64,000 nt of DNA from Candidatus Zhuqueibacterota bacterium (GTDB lineage Bacteria > Zhuqueibacterota > Zhuqueibacteria > Thermofontimicrobiales > Thermofontimicrobiaceae): NCBI GenBank assembly GCA_049322915.1, contig JBMOPW010000014.1, positions 96,001 to 160,000 on the forward strand. The letters are read 5' to 3'. Made by a program: the position numbers and the translations under genes. A model generated the notes under the pieces. That model ran no database searches, was not told the DNA's origin, and saw only the letters and a list, made by a program, of their open reading frames with translations. Positions 10,415 to 20,123 of this stretch are shown piece by piece (within the stretch, counting starts at the first letter, position 1; every line of letters begins with the position of its first letter).

Positions 10415-11668
10415 ATGAAATTTGAAATCAGAAACCGAGACCATTACGAAGAACTTGAAAATAAAATATTAGCTCCCTTTGCCACAAAAAGCCAGGGAGC
10501 GCATGCCACGCGTATCCACGCAGAGGACGAACATCCCTATCGAACCGCTTTCCAGCGCGACCGCGACCGAATCATCCATTCCCGCGCATTCCGACGACTC
10601 AAGCACAAGCAGCAAGTATTTCTCATCAGCGATGGCGATCATTATCGCACCCGACTAACCCACACGCTGGAAGTGTCGCAATTATCGAGAACATTGGCCA
10701 AGGCGCTGGGATTGAACGAGGAGTTGGTCGAGGCGATTGCGTTGGGCCATGACCTGGGGCATACACCTTTCGGGCACATCGGCGAAGTGGTGCTCAATGC
10801 CATCCTGTCCGGCAAGGATGATCTGAATGGTCTGCTTCCCGGCGAAAATCTGGGCGGCTTCAAGCACAATTACCAGAGCGTGCGGGTGGTTGATTGGATT
10901 GAAAAAAAATATCATTTCGCCGGACTCAATCTGACTTCCTCTGTGCGGGAAGGAATTCTCAAGCATACGCGCTTGTTGCGCGATTTATATTCGTATCCGA
11001 AAATGGAAATGCGAGGTCTGAATTTTCAGATCGATGTCGCTACGACGCTGGAAGGGCAGGTGGTGGCCGTCTGCGATGAGATCGCCCAGCGCACCCATGA
11101 TCTCGAGGATGGGATTATTGCCAAACTGGTCAGCCTCGAACAGGTCAGGCAGGTGGAAATCATCCAAAGGGTTGAGGCGAAAATGGCTGCTGCCGCGGTA
11201 AACACCAATGATGAATTTAGTTATAAAAATTATCTCATCAATGGATTGATCAATCTGCTCATCGATGATGTCATCACGACGACTTTGGACAATATCAGAA
11301 AATTCTATGATCGGACGCAGCGGCTGGAGTATTTTGATGTGGAAATTGTTCGCTTCAGTGAAGATATAGAACCGCTTCAATTTCAATTAGATCGGTTCAT
11401 CCACAAGGAAATTATTTTCAAGCGCAACGCCGATGAGCTCAATGCGCACAATAAAAATATCGTGCGAGAACTTTTCATCCACTTTGTGAAGAATCCGGAA
11501 CGAACTCCCGGTTACATTCGAAAGCAATTTGTGGTGGATCCCGCTCACACGTTATGTTCAGAAGACATCGCCGGGAATCCGATGAATATCCGAACCATTG
11601 CAGATTATGTGGCTGGTATGACCGATCGGTATGCACTGGCGGAATTGAATAACATTGCCAAACGATGA
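10415..11668 (+). CDS. dgt: dNTP (dGTP) triphosphohydrolase, HD superfamily
   Basis: RTAFQRDRDRIIHSRAFRRL, RTRLTHTLEV, GHDLGHTPFGH, DYVAGMTDRYA. Confidence 0.93.
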   Translation: MKFEIRNRDHYEELENKILAPFATKSQGAHATRIHAEDEHPYRTAFQRDRDRIIHSRAFRRLKHKQQVFLISDGDHYRTRLTHTLEVSQLSRTLAKALGLNEELVEAIALGHDLGHTPFGHIGEVVLNAILSGKDDLNGLLPGENLGGFKHNYQSVRVVDWIEKKYHFAGLNLTSSVREGILKHTRLLRDLYSYPKMEMRGLNFQIDVATTLEGQVVAVCDEIAQRTHDLEDGIIAKLVSLEQVRQVEIIQRVEAKMAAAAVNTNDEFSYKNYLINGLINLLIDDVITTTLDNIRKFYDRTQRLEYFDVEIVRFSEDIEPLQFQLDRFIHKEIIFKRNADELNAHNKNIVRELFIHFVKNPERTPGYIRKQFVVDPAHTLCSEDIAGNPMNIRTIADYVAGMTDRYALAELNNIAKR

Positions 11669-11731
11669 AGCGAGTGGGGCATATCAGCAAAAAATTAAAA
11701 TTGGAATTAGCTCCGTCAGGATTGAAATAAC

Positions 11732-12598
11732 ATGACTATTAAATTTGAGAATATCAGCTACGCATACGATGGTAATTTGCCGCAGAAACGGCACGTATTA
11801 AAAAACATCGATCTGGAAATCAGAGACGGTGAGTTTGTTGGTATCATTGGGCCGACCGGATCGGGAAAGACAACGCTGCTGCAGCATTTCACCGGGTTAT
11901 TGCAACCGGCGTCCGGTAAGATATTTGTGAATGGGGAAGATATCTGGAGCAAGAAATATCCACTGAACGAACTGAGAAAAAAAATCGGGCTTGTGTTTCA
12001 ATTTCCAGAATCACAATTATTCGAAGAGACAGTGGCTGAGGATGTAGCCTTTGGACCGAAATCGCTGGGCTTGAGCGAACAGGAAATTGAACAGCGGGTT
12101 CAACAGGCGCTGGAAATGGTGGGACTGGTCGGTGAAGAGATAAACAACAGGTCCCCCCATCAATTGAGTGAAGGTGAAAAGCGGCGAGTTGCGATAGCGG
12201 GCGTACTGGCCATGGCGCCGGAAGTCTTGATTTTGGATGAACCCACGGCCTGTCTGGACCCGTCCGGTATCAAATCAATTATGAAAATACTGAGGCATCT
12301 TCACAAAGACGGGACGACCATTGTGATGATCACGCACAATATGGATGTGATCACACAACTGGCCGAGCGCATCATCATTCTGAACCTGGGGATGAAGTAC
12401 TTCGATGGTGCAATTTCTGAAATCTACACCGATGAACATATATTCAACGATATCGACCTTGAGATCCCGCGCATCGTGCGATTGAGCCGGTATTTGGCCG
12501 CACAAGGATTAATAGATACAAAAAATATAGGCACTTTGGATGAGTTGAAGGGCAAAATTAAGCAGTTACAGAGCCTGACCGACGTTTGTTCAGGTTGA
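11732..12598 (+). CDS. Energy-coupling-factor (ECF) transporter ATPase, EcfA2/CbiO-like
   Basis: GPTGSGKT, VFQFPESQLFEETV..DVAFGP, LSEGEKRRVAIAGVLAM, DEPT, THNMD. Confidence 0.9.
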   Translation: MTIKFENISYAYDGNLPQKRHVLKNIDLEIRDGEFVGIIGPTGSGKTTLLQHFTGLLQPASGKIFVNGEDIWSKKYPLNELRKKIGLVFQFPESQLFEETVAEDVAFGPKSLGLSEQEIEQRVQQALEMVGLVGEEINNRSPHQLSEGEKRRVAIAGVLAMAPEVLILDEPTACLDPSGIKSIMKILRHLHKDGTTIVMITHNMDVITQLAERIIILNLGMKYFDGAISEIYTDEHIFNDIDLEIPRIVRLSRYLAAQGLIDTKNIGTLDELKGKIKQLQSLTDVCSG

Positions 12599-12811
12599 AT
12601 TATTTTCGAACAAGAAGTGATCGAATTATGGTCAACATCATTTTTCGATCAGTAGGGTAATTTTGGACAGTGGCCGGCATTCTTTTCTTGCTAATACTTA
12701 ATAGATGTAATGATAATTATAATAATAATAACATAGTTAAAAAGAATAAATATACTTAGAAAATTCCAAAACAATGAGATAGGATTGTAATAAATTATCT
12801 GAACTAAAAAC

Positions 12812-12827
12812 TGGCATGATTGTTGTT
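12812..12827 (+). promoter_or_regulatory. Putative sigma-54 (-24/-12) promoter, GT variant at -12
   Basis: TGGCATGATTGTTGTT: GG(12813-14)-N10-GT in AT-rich DNA upstream of a sigma-54 activator gene. Confidence 0.5.
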
Positions 12828-13048
12828 AAGGTTAGCATGAATTTAAACACATACTCTGAATGTTAAAGTAAATTAGCTATTGGCCGATATTTGTTTTAGG
12901 GTAAGCATCTTTGGTCAGGCAACTTAACAGCCCCAACGAAGTTTTGCAGTATAGGCATCATTGGAATCGCAACCTAAACTTGGTTGGGGTTGTCTTTTTT
13001 TAACTGGAGTTTGAAAGAAATTTGAGTTAAAAAGGAAACGGGGCCAGC

Positions 13049-14137
13049 ATGAATAATTTTGCTGAGGAACTTGATCTGAGCTGGGCGGAAACCAGCTTAG
13101 AGGCTCCTGAGGAAATAACGCAGAGTTGGGGTAAAAATTTTGGCTTTGACTATTATTATCCATTGGTTAGCCGAAGTTTGCAAATAAAAGAAATCTTACG
13201 ACTCATTAAAAAGGTCGCCAAGAGCAACGCCAGCATTTTAATACAGGGTGAAACCGGAACCGGAAAGGAATTGATAGCGGGATTAATTCAATTCATAAGT
13301 TTGCGATCAAATAAGCCCTACGTAAAAGTCAATTGTGCCGCCTTACCTGAAAATCTGTTGGAGAGCGAGCTATTCGGACATGAGAAAGGCTCTTTCACCG
13401 GCGCGTATCAGACTCGAATTGGTAAATTTGAGCAGGCCAATAATGGCACGCTATTCCTCGATGAAATTGGCGATATGAATTTTTCCACCCAGGCAAAGAT
13501 ACTCCGGGTTTTGCAGGATCAGGAATTCTCCCGGGTCGGTGGAAATAAAACGATTAGTGTGGATGTGAGAATTATCACCGCCACCAATAAAGACCTCTGG
13601 AAACAAATCGAAATGGGCAATTTTCGGGACGACCTGTATTATCGATTGAATGTCGTTACGATTAATGTGCCGCCGTTGCGCGAACGTAAAGAGGACATCC
13701 CGCTCATTGCGGAGTTTTTTCGGAGAAAATTTAGCAGTGAATTGAGAAAGCACACCCGTGGTTTCACCGAAGATACCATGAAGCTGATCAAGAACCACCA
13801 ATGGCCAGGGAACATCCGCGAGCTCAAAAACATCATCGAACGCGCGGTGCTCGTCGTGGAGGAAGGCGAAATGATCACTGCGGACGATCTCTCTCTCACA
13901 GGTAAAGACTACTTTGCAGCTGGAGGACGTGATCGACGAAAAAATATTGGAGAGAACTGGGGCTTCAATACGTTGAAATTAGAGGAACTCGAACGCGAGG
14001 CAATTCTCCAGGCTTTGGAGATCAGCCATTGGGTTCAGAAAGAAGCGGCAAAATTGCTGGGTGTTTCACCGCGGTCTCTCAACTACAAGGTCAAATTCCA
14101 CGGTATTACGCATACAAGCTGGAAAAAGAATATCTGA
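13049..14137 (+). CDS. Sigma-54-dependent enhancer-binding protein (AAA+ and Fis HTH) without N-terminal sensor domain
   Basis: GETGTGKE, ESELFGHEKGSFTGA, LFLDEIG, FRDDLYYRL, WPGNIREL, AAKLLGVS; only ~38 aa precede the AAA+ core. Confidence 0.95.
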   Translation: MNNFAEELDLSWAETSLEAPEEITQSWGKNFGFDYYYPLVSRSLQIKEILRLIKKVAKSNASILIQGETGTGKELIAGLIQFISLRSNKPYVKVNCAALPENLLESELFGHEKGSFTGAYQTRIGKFEQANNGTLFLDEIGDMNFSTQAKILRVLQDQEFSRVGGNKTISVDVRIITATNKDLWKQIEMGNFRDDLYYRLNVVTINVPPLRERKEDIPLIAEFFRRKFSSELRKHTRGFTEDTMKLIKNHQWPGNIRELKNIIERAVLVVEEGEMITADDLSLTGKDYFAAGGRDRRKNIGENWGFNTLKLEELEREAILQALEISHWVQKEAAKLLGVSPRSLNYKVKFHGITHTSWKKNI

Positions 14138-14157
14138 GAAATTCATATACATACATT

Positions 14158-14190
14158 GAAAAGCCTTCCAACGAGAAGGCTTTTTTTATT
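14158..14190 (+). terminator. Rho-independent terminator
   Basis: AAGCCTTC-loop-GAAGGCTT followed by T-run. Confidence 0.8.
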
Positions 14191-14932
14191 TCTCCTTTCA
14201 TCTTCAAACAAACACCACCTGAAATTATTCTGCTATTCTAAAAGTCGTCCGGAACGTTTCCAAACGGGCGACGACTTCAATCAAATCCATCAGCACATAT
14301 TTCGGAGTCGTGGTATTTTTACAACTGGCCGACGACGATTGATACTTCCGTCTGGTAAAAAGTATCGATGTAAAGCAAATGCCTGTTGGCCTTGATTTGA
14401 TGAGCGCCGCGCGTGAGCCCTGTCCGGTGAAATTACGGTTACCCGACCAGCGACTGACTCAGCCGCGTGTTCGTTGTATTTTTACAGGCGAGTGCTACGA
14501 ACAGTCAGCTCCCAGTCGGTCCTTTTTTCTGCATTCGCGGAACTGAGAAAGATACTTTAAATTGGGTGCGTGCACTATTACAACCGCTCCACTACCTCAT
14601 TTTATAATTGTCAGATTTCCTGCCGGGGACAAAACCACTTATTGAAATAATCCAAGTACCAATGTTACTATTTTATTTTATTCACCAGAATCAGGATAAA
14701 ATTTTAATGATTGCCTGCCATTAATAAAAAATATTACATGACGATAATATTAGTAACTGATGTTACAGAATAGAATCATTTCCTGATCTTTTCTCGGGTC
14801 ATGAAAAAGCATAACCCATTATTAAAACGTTTCAATTCTGAATTACTAACATGTAATGAAATGATTAACAAGCAAATAACATTGAATAGATATATTATTT
14901 AAAATAAATCAATTACAAAGACCAAAAATAAA

Positions 14933-14948
14933 TGGCACGCATATTGTG
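14933..14948 (+). promoter_or_regulatory. Putative sigma-54 (-24/-12) promoter for the Ig/FN3 surface protein
   Basis: TGGCACGCATATTGTG: consensus TGGCACG -24 box, GG-N10-GT, ~130 bp upstream of ATG 15079. Confidence 0.65.
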
Positions 14949-15078
14949 AATAACAGGAAACGGGTATAACGCCATTTACATGGATGTTACTTTTTTCTCT
15001 CAAACGATTCGAAATTGATTTCAAGATTTAAACGGGGGAACTGGAATTAATCTGGGTGAAGTTCTAAGGGCTGCTACT

Positions 15079-17694
15079 ATGAGTAAAACGAGACGAGTGG
15101 TGAAATGGCTTCGGGGGATGGTCGTAGTGTTTATTTTTCTGGCGAGAATAACGCACGCCGGGGAATTGACAGTTAGCTGGAATGCCAACACAGAAAGCGA
15201 TTTGAAGGGCTACAAAATTTATTATGGAACCGCCTCGCAGAATTACAATACTGTCGTGGATGTGGGCAACGTCGTGAACTATTCGTTGAATGGTCTTGCT
15301 GAAGGTCAGGTTTACTTTTTTGCGGTGACAGCATACGACACGGCTCATAATGAAAGCGGCTTTTCCGAAGAAGTGAGCGCGCAGGTGCAAGTCAACGATG
15401 TTACGCCGCCCACATTATATGCCGTAGATGTGGTCAATGCCTCTTTATTATATCTCACCTTCAGCGAGGAAGTCGAACGGGCATCGGCGGAAAACGTGAG
15501 CAATTACCAGATCAATAACAATGTGACTATTCTTTCCGTTCGATTGGCGCAGGGCAATCGCATTGTACACATTGAGACTGCTCCGCATCAGGCTGGCGCG
15601 TATTCAATCGTTGTCAATAACATCAGGGACCTGGCGACGAGTCCCAACTCCATCGCAGCCAACAGTTCCCTCAGCTACGAATACATTCCGGATGATTTCA
15701 CGCCGCCGTCAATGACGGAAGTCCGAAGTGTCGATGAAACTCATGTGGATGTCACGTTCAGCGAGGAAATCGAACGATCGACGGCTGAGACTACCGGGAA
15801 TTTCAAGATCAACAATGGGATCACTATTCAGCAGGTCAGTCTGGATCAAAATAACAGAACGGTGCACCTCGTTACCAACGCCCATGAAAATGGAGTGACA
15901 TACATTCTCACGGTCAATAAAGTCCGTGACGTTTCAGTTCAACATAACGAGATACCGGCGAATTCGTCCCTTTCATACACCTATTATGCTGATGACAATG
16001 TCAGACCCTACATCTATTCGGTCACGATCCGAAATGAAAATTTGGTCGATGTTGTATTTTCTGAGAAAATAACTGAGGCGTCGGCTGAGGCAATATCAAA
16101 TTTTCAAATTAATAACAACATAGCTGTCCTCGTGGCAATACTGGACAATGATCAGAAAACGGTTCATCTGTCCACAACCTCACACCTTGCCGGGGGCAAT
16201 TATGTTCTGACGGTCAACAATATCATGGACATGGCGCAGGTACCCAATTCGATTTTGCCGAACAGCATTGTCAGTTACAGCTATAATCCGGATGATACAG
16301 CGCCACCTCAAATCTCCCTGACAGAGTCGGTGGACGCCACGCATTTGCGCCTCACCTTTTCAGAGGCTCTGGACCGCGAGAGCGCTGAACTTGAGAATAA
16401 TTATAAGATCAATAAAGGGGTCAGCGTCATCGAGGCTGTGCTGGATGCGAGCGCTAAAATTATCCAGCTTGTAACCACAGCGCATACCAGTGGAGAGACG
16501 TATGTCCTGACGATTAACAATGTGAAGGATCAGGCGCCGGCGCCCAATGCTATTGCAGCAAATACTACGGCGGAGTATACTTACATCTATCAGGATGTGG
16601 AACCGCCACAGGTGACCAATGTGGATTTGATCGATCTCACCCATCTGGAAATCACATTTAACGAAATCGTGGAAAGAGAGTCGGCGGAGTTGGTGGCAAA
16701 CTATTCCATTTCCGATGATATCCTGATTTTCGGCGCAGTGCTGGATAACGATTTGAAGATTGTCCAGTTGACAACGTCCGCGCATGAAGAAAATAAAACG
16801 TATACATTAACGGTGAATAAGGTGCGGGATCGCTCGGATCATCGGAATGAAATTGTCCCGAATTCTAATTTCATTTACTCGTTGGAATCGGTCACGGAAG
16901 AAAGGGTGGCGTACTTGAATAAAGAATCGTATCAGTTGGCCTATCTCAATGTGGGCGATGCCTATTATATCGACAGGGATTATACCATCACATCCATTCC
17001 GGACGCGATGACCGGGTTCATGTGGATTTCAACAGCCAATGACGATCGGGGGGAAAAGGAAGAGGGCTTCCTGTCTTTCAAGCTGAGTGAGACGTCAAAA
17101 GTCTATGTCGCCTATGACAGCCGGGCGGCGAATTATCCCAACTGGTTAGTCCGTGATTTTCATCGCGTTGGTAAAAGCATCGGCGTCAGTGAATACGCGA
17201 AAAACCTGGACCTGTGGGAGGGGGAATTTGATTCCGGCATGGTTGTGCTGGGCGGAAATATGGCTGAAGGATCCCAGGGAGTGGAGAGCATGTATGTCGT
17301 CCTGATTGAATCGGAAAATTCGCTACGACCGCAGACACCTGAAAATATGAGCGATCCGTCATCGCTGGGACCGGCGGATATGTTTTTGCTCTATCAGAAT
17401 TATCCCAATCCGTTCAATGCCGGAACCGAAATACGATTTCAGCTTCCGAAGAATGTGTATGTTGAGCTGACCATTTATAATATTCTTGGGCAAACGATTC
17501 GCACCCTGGTTCAGGGCCACAAAAACGCTGGCCATCATTTACTGCAATGGGACGGCAAAAACAGCGATGGCTTAATCGTGCCCAGTGGTGTTTACTTTTC
17601 ACGGCTCATCATCAAACGGCAGGAACTTCTCAAGGGACGTAATATCGACAGAATTCTTTATAATAATGTGCGCAAAATGCTGATGGTGAAATAG
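15079..17694 (+). CDS. Secreted protein: FN3 + 5 tandem Ig-like repeats + FlgD-Ig/T9SS-like C-terminal domain
   Basis: Signal peptide; FN3 (SWNAN..DLKGYKIYYG...YFFAVTAYD); five ~100-aa D..P(P)...(T/V)F(S/N)E repeats; tail QNYPNPFN...WDGKN..G..VPSGVY...KMLMVK. Confidence 0.85.
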   Translation: MSKTRRVVKWLRGMVVVFIFLARITHAGELTVSWNANTESDLKGYKIYYGTASQNYNTVVDVGNVVNYSLNGLAEGQVYFFAVTAYDTAHNESGFSEEVSAQVQVNDVTPPTLYAVDVVNASLLYLTFSEEVERASAENVSNYQINNNVTILSVRLAQGNRIVHIETAPHQAGAYSIVVNNIRDLATSPNSIAANSSLSYEYIPDDFTPPSMTEVRSVDETHVDVTFSEEIERSTAETTGNFKINNGITIQQVSLDQNNRTVHLVTNAHENGVTYILTVNKVRDVSVQHNEIPANSSLSYTYYADDNVRPYIYSVTIRNENLVDVVFSEKITEASAEAISNFQINNNIAVLVAILDNDQKTVHLSTTSHLAGGNYVLTVNNIMDMAQVPNSILPNSIVSYSYNPDDTAPPQISLTESVDATHLRLTFSEALDRESAELENNYKINKGVSVIEAVLDASAKIIQLVTTAHTSGETYVLTINNVKDQAPAPNAIAANTTAEYTYIYQDVEPPQVTNVDLIDLTHLEITFNEIVERESAELVANYSISDDILIFGAVLDNDLKIVQLTTSAHEENKTYTLTVNKVRDRSDHRNEIVPNSNFIYSLESVTEERVAYLNKESYQLAYLNVGDAYYIDRDYTITSIPDAMTGFMWISTANDDRGEKEEGFLSFKLSETSKVYVAYDSRAANYPNWLVRDFHRVGKSIGVSEYAKNLDLWEGEFDSGMVVLGGNMAEGSQGVESMYVVLIESENSLRPQTPENMSDPSSLGPADMFLLYQNYPNPFNAGTEIRFQLPKNVYVELTIYNILGQTIRTLVQGHKNAGHHLLQWDGKNSDGLIVPSGVYFSRLIIKRQELLKGRNIDRILYNNVRKMLMVK

Positions 17695-17832
17695 CATGAA
17701 AAATGATTATGTCCATTTGATAATCAATGAATTAACATATTTCACCCGATTAACATATTAAATTTAAATACTGCAAAGTAGGATCGAAACCCTCAACATT
17801 GCAACTCCAATCAATCTCCCAATCATAATAGA

Positions 17833-17865
17833 AAGACCTGGGGCAGGATGCTCCAGGTTTTTCTA
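17833..17865 (+). terminator. Rho-independent terminator
   Basis: ACCTGGGGC-loop-GCTCCAGGT followed by T-run. Confidence 0.7.
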
Positions 17866-17920
17866 TGACCGCAATTAAATTTATTTCACAATAATGTAAT
17901 ATAATTTTGATAAAAAAACG

Positions 17921-17949
17921 TTGACTAATAATATTTTATTTTCTATATT
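17921..17949 (+). promoter_or_regulatory. Sigma-70-type promoter of the polysaccharide operon
   Basis: TTGACT-17 bp-TATATT with upstream A-tract. Confidence 0.7.
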
Positions 17950-18137
17950 TTTACACTGTTTTGAAAAAAAATCATCTCTCGGAAAAACCACGTTCAGTGT
18001 GTTGGGCTCAATCAGCTTTTTTGATGAGACATATTTTAATTGCTCCTCAAATTTCAGATGATTGGATCAATGAAAATCGGTGCGAGCCCATTCCCAATAA
18101 AAGAAACAATTAATCGTAATTATCGCAAGAACAAACA

Positions 18138-20108
18138 ATGAAAAAAAATCAATTGAAAATCAGTGTTTTTGTATTGGCCATTATACACCTCGTGTCGTCC
18201 TTGCTTATGATAACCGATGCGCTTTCTCAAGAACCGTCCATTGTTCAGCAGGGCACCATGGAAGCAATTAGCAATCAAATGGCAATCCCCCAGACTCCTG
18301 TTCAGCAGCAGGAGGCGCTTTCAATTTTCGGTTATTCGTTTTTTCATTCGCCCCAGAATATCGATCGAATTCGGGCATTCAGCGGGCGCATGTTCCCGGA
18401 CGATTATCGGCTCGGGCCCGGAGATAGACTGGGCATATATTTGCTGGGAAAGACTCAGTTAAATTTCGACGTTGTCGTCAATGTGGAAGGTAAAATTTTC
18501 ATTCCGACGGTCGGGGTGCTTTTTGTCACCGGACTTTCAATCTCGGAATTTCAGGATGTCCTGAACCGGCACCTGGTAAAATACTATGATAATTTTTCAC
18601 TCAACATCATGCTCATCGAACCGAAGCAAGTCCCGGTCACTGTGGTGGGCGATGTTGAACGACCCGGGAAATACTACTTAAGTTCGTTGAATACAGTCCT
18701 CGATGCGGTGCTTGTGGCCGGTGGGCCGACACGAAGAGGCTCGCTGCGGAATATTCACGTTTACCGACAGGACAGCCTGTTCACAGTGGTGGACCTTTAC
18801 AAATTTTTAATGGAAGGCGAGACCAAGCAGCAGATATTTCTTCAACCTCACGATAAAATTGTCGTGCCGCTCATCGAGGCCATAGTTGCAGTTCGAGGCG
18901 AGGTGAAACGACCCGCCCGGTTCGAACTGAAGTTTGACGGAAAAGAACGACTCTCTGATCTGCTGACCCTGGCTGGAAATTTCACGGACCTGGCGTTCAA
19001 AGATAAAATTGAAATCAGCCGGCTCCTGAACAACGGGGAACGATTGGTGATGTATGTGGACTTTCGGCAGATTCAGGATGATGAGAATAACGCAGCCAAT
19101 ATCATCCTGAAGAATGAGGATCAAATTCAGGTTTTCTCCATTCTCGAACAGAGGTACCCGAAAAGTGTTTACATTCACGGTGAAGTGAAACGGCCGGGAC
19201 ACTATTCGTTTGAAGAAAATCTGCATCTGCTGGATCTGTTGCTCAAAGCCGGAAATTTAACCCGCAGCGCGTACATGCTCCGTTGCGAAGTCGCCAAAGT
19301 GGATCCCAAAGCGCCCACCGATATTCTCGCCATTGATTTACAGCAGGTGATCAATAATCCTTCGTCGCCGCAAAATATTTTACTGGAAGAGGACGACCGC
19401 GTTTTTATTCGGAGAATACCGGAATGGGAAGTAGGGCCAGTCATCGAAATAACCGGCGAAGTGCAGTTTGCCGGCATCTATGCCATTACCGAAGATAGCA
19501 CCACATTGTTCGACGTGATGACGCAAGCCGGCGGCTTCACGGACGAAGCACTGATCAGGGAAGCGAGTCTGATTCGGCGCAGCTCGACAATTAGCATTGA
19601 CAAAGAGTACGAACGCTTGAAGCAACTCCCCCGCGATCAGATGTCCGATACCGAGTACGAGTACCTGGTGATGAAGCAAAATAACCAGGACATCGGTCGC
19701 ATCGTCGTGGACTTTTTTCGATTGTGTATCAGCAAAGACCTGTCCGAAGACGTCCTGCTGGAAGATGGGGATATCATTCATGTGCCGAAAGCGCCCAAAG
19801 TGGTGTACGTGACCGGGAGGGTGTCGCGGCCGGGCGGCGTCGTCTATGTCCCGGGCAAAAATATCAAATATTATATCAAGAAGGCCGGCGGTGTCACCTG
19901 GGACGCCAAACGAAGGAGCACGAAAGTGACAAAAGTGACCGGCGAAATCCTGGACGATGAGGATGTATCCGACCTTCTGGCCGGCGATATCATCTGGGTG
20001 CCGCGCAAACCGGACCGGGATTGGTGGGAATTATTCCGCTACACAATCGCTGTCGTCGCTCAATTGGCCACAGTGTACATCGTGGTGGATAGTGCAGTCA
20101 ATAATTAA
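18138..20108 (+). CDS. Polysaccharide export protein with SLBB repeats (Wza/KpsD-like)
   Basis: DYRLGPGD, EGKIFIPTVG, repeated V.GEV..PG.Y SLBB units. Confidence 0.9.
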   Translation: MKKNQLKISVFVLAIIHLVSSLLMITDALSQEPSIVQQGTMEAISNQMAIPQTPVQQQEALSIFGYSFFHSPQNIDRIRAFSGRMFPDDYRLGPGDRLGIYLLGKTQLNFDVVVNVEGKIFIPTVGVLFVTGLSISEFQDVLNRHLVKYYDNFSLNIMLIEPKQVPVTVVGDVERPGKYYLSSLNTVLDAVLVAGGPTRRGSLRNIHVYRQDSLFTVVDLYKFLMEGETKQQIFLQPHDKIVVPLIEAIVAVRGEVKRPARFELKFDGKERLSDLLTLAGNFTDLAFKDKIEISRLLNNGERLVMYVDFRQIQDDENNAANIILKNEDQIQVFSILEQRYPKSVYIHGEVKRPGHYSFEENLHLLDLLLKAGNLTRSAYMLRCEVAKVDPKAPTDILAIDLQQVINNPSSPQNILLEEDDRVFIRRIPEWEVGPVIEITGEVQFAGIYAITEDSTTLFDVMTQAGGFTDEALIREASLIRRSSTISIDKEYERLKQLPRDQMSDTEYEYLVMKQNNQDIGRIVVDFFRLCISKDLSEDVLLEDGDIIHVPKAPKVVYVTGRVSRPGGVVYVPGKNIKYYIKKAGGVTWDAKRRSTKVTKVTGEILDDEDVSDLLAGDIIWVPRKPDRDWWELFRYTIAVVAQLATVYIVVDSAVNN

Positions 20109-20123
20109 GAAAACATACGAATT

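Noticed and set aside
10415..11668. dGTPase as an anti-phage defence gene
   Set aside because: Housekeeping context and host-like composition; nothing distinguishes it from ordinary dgt
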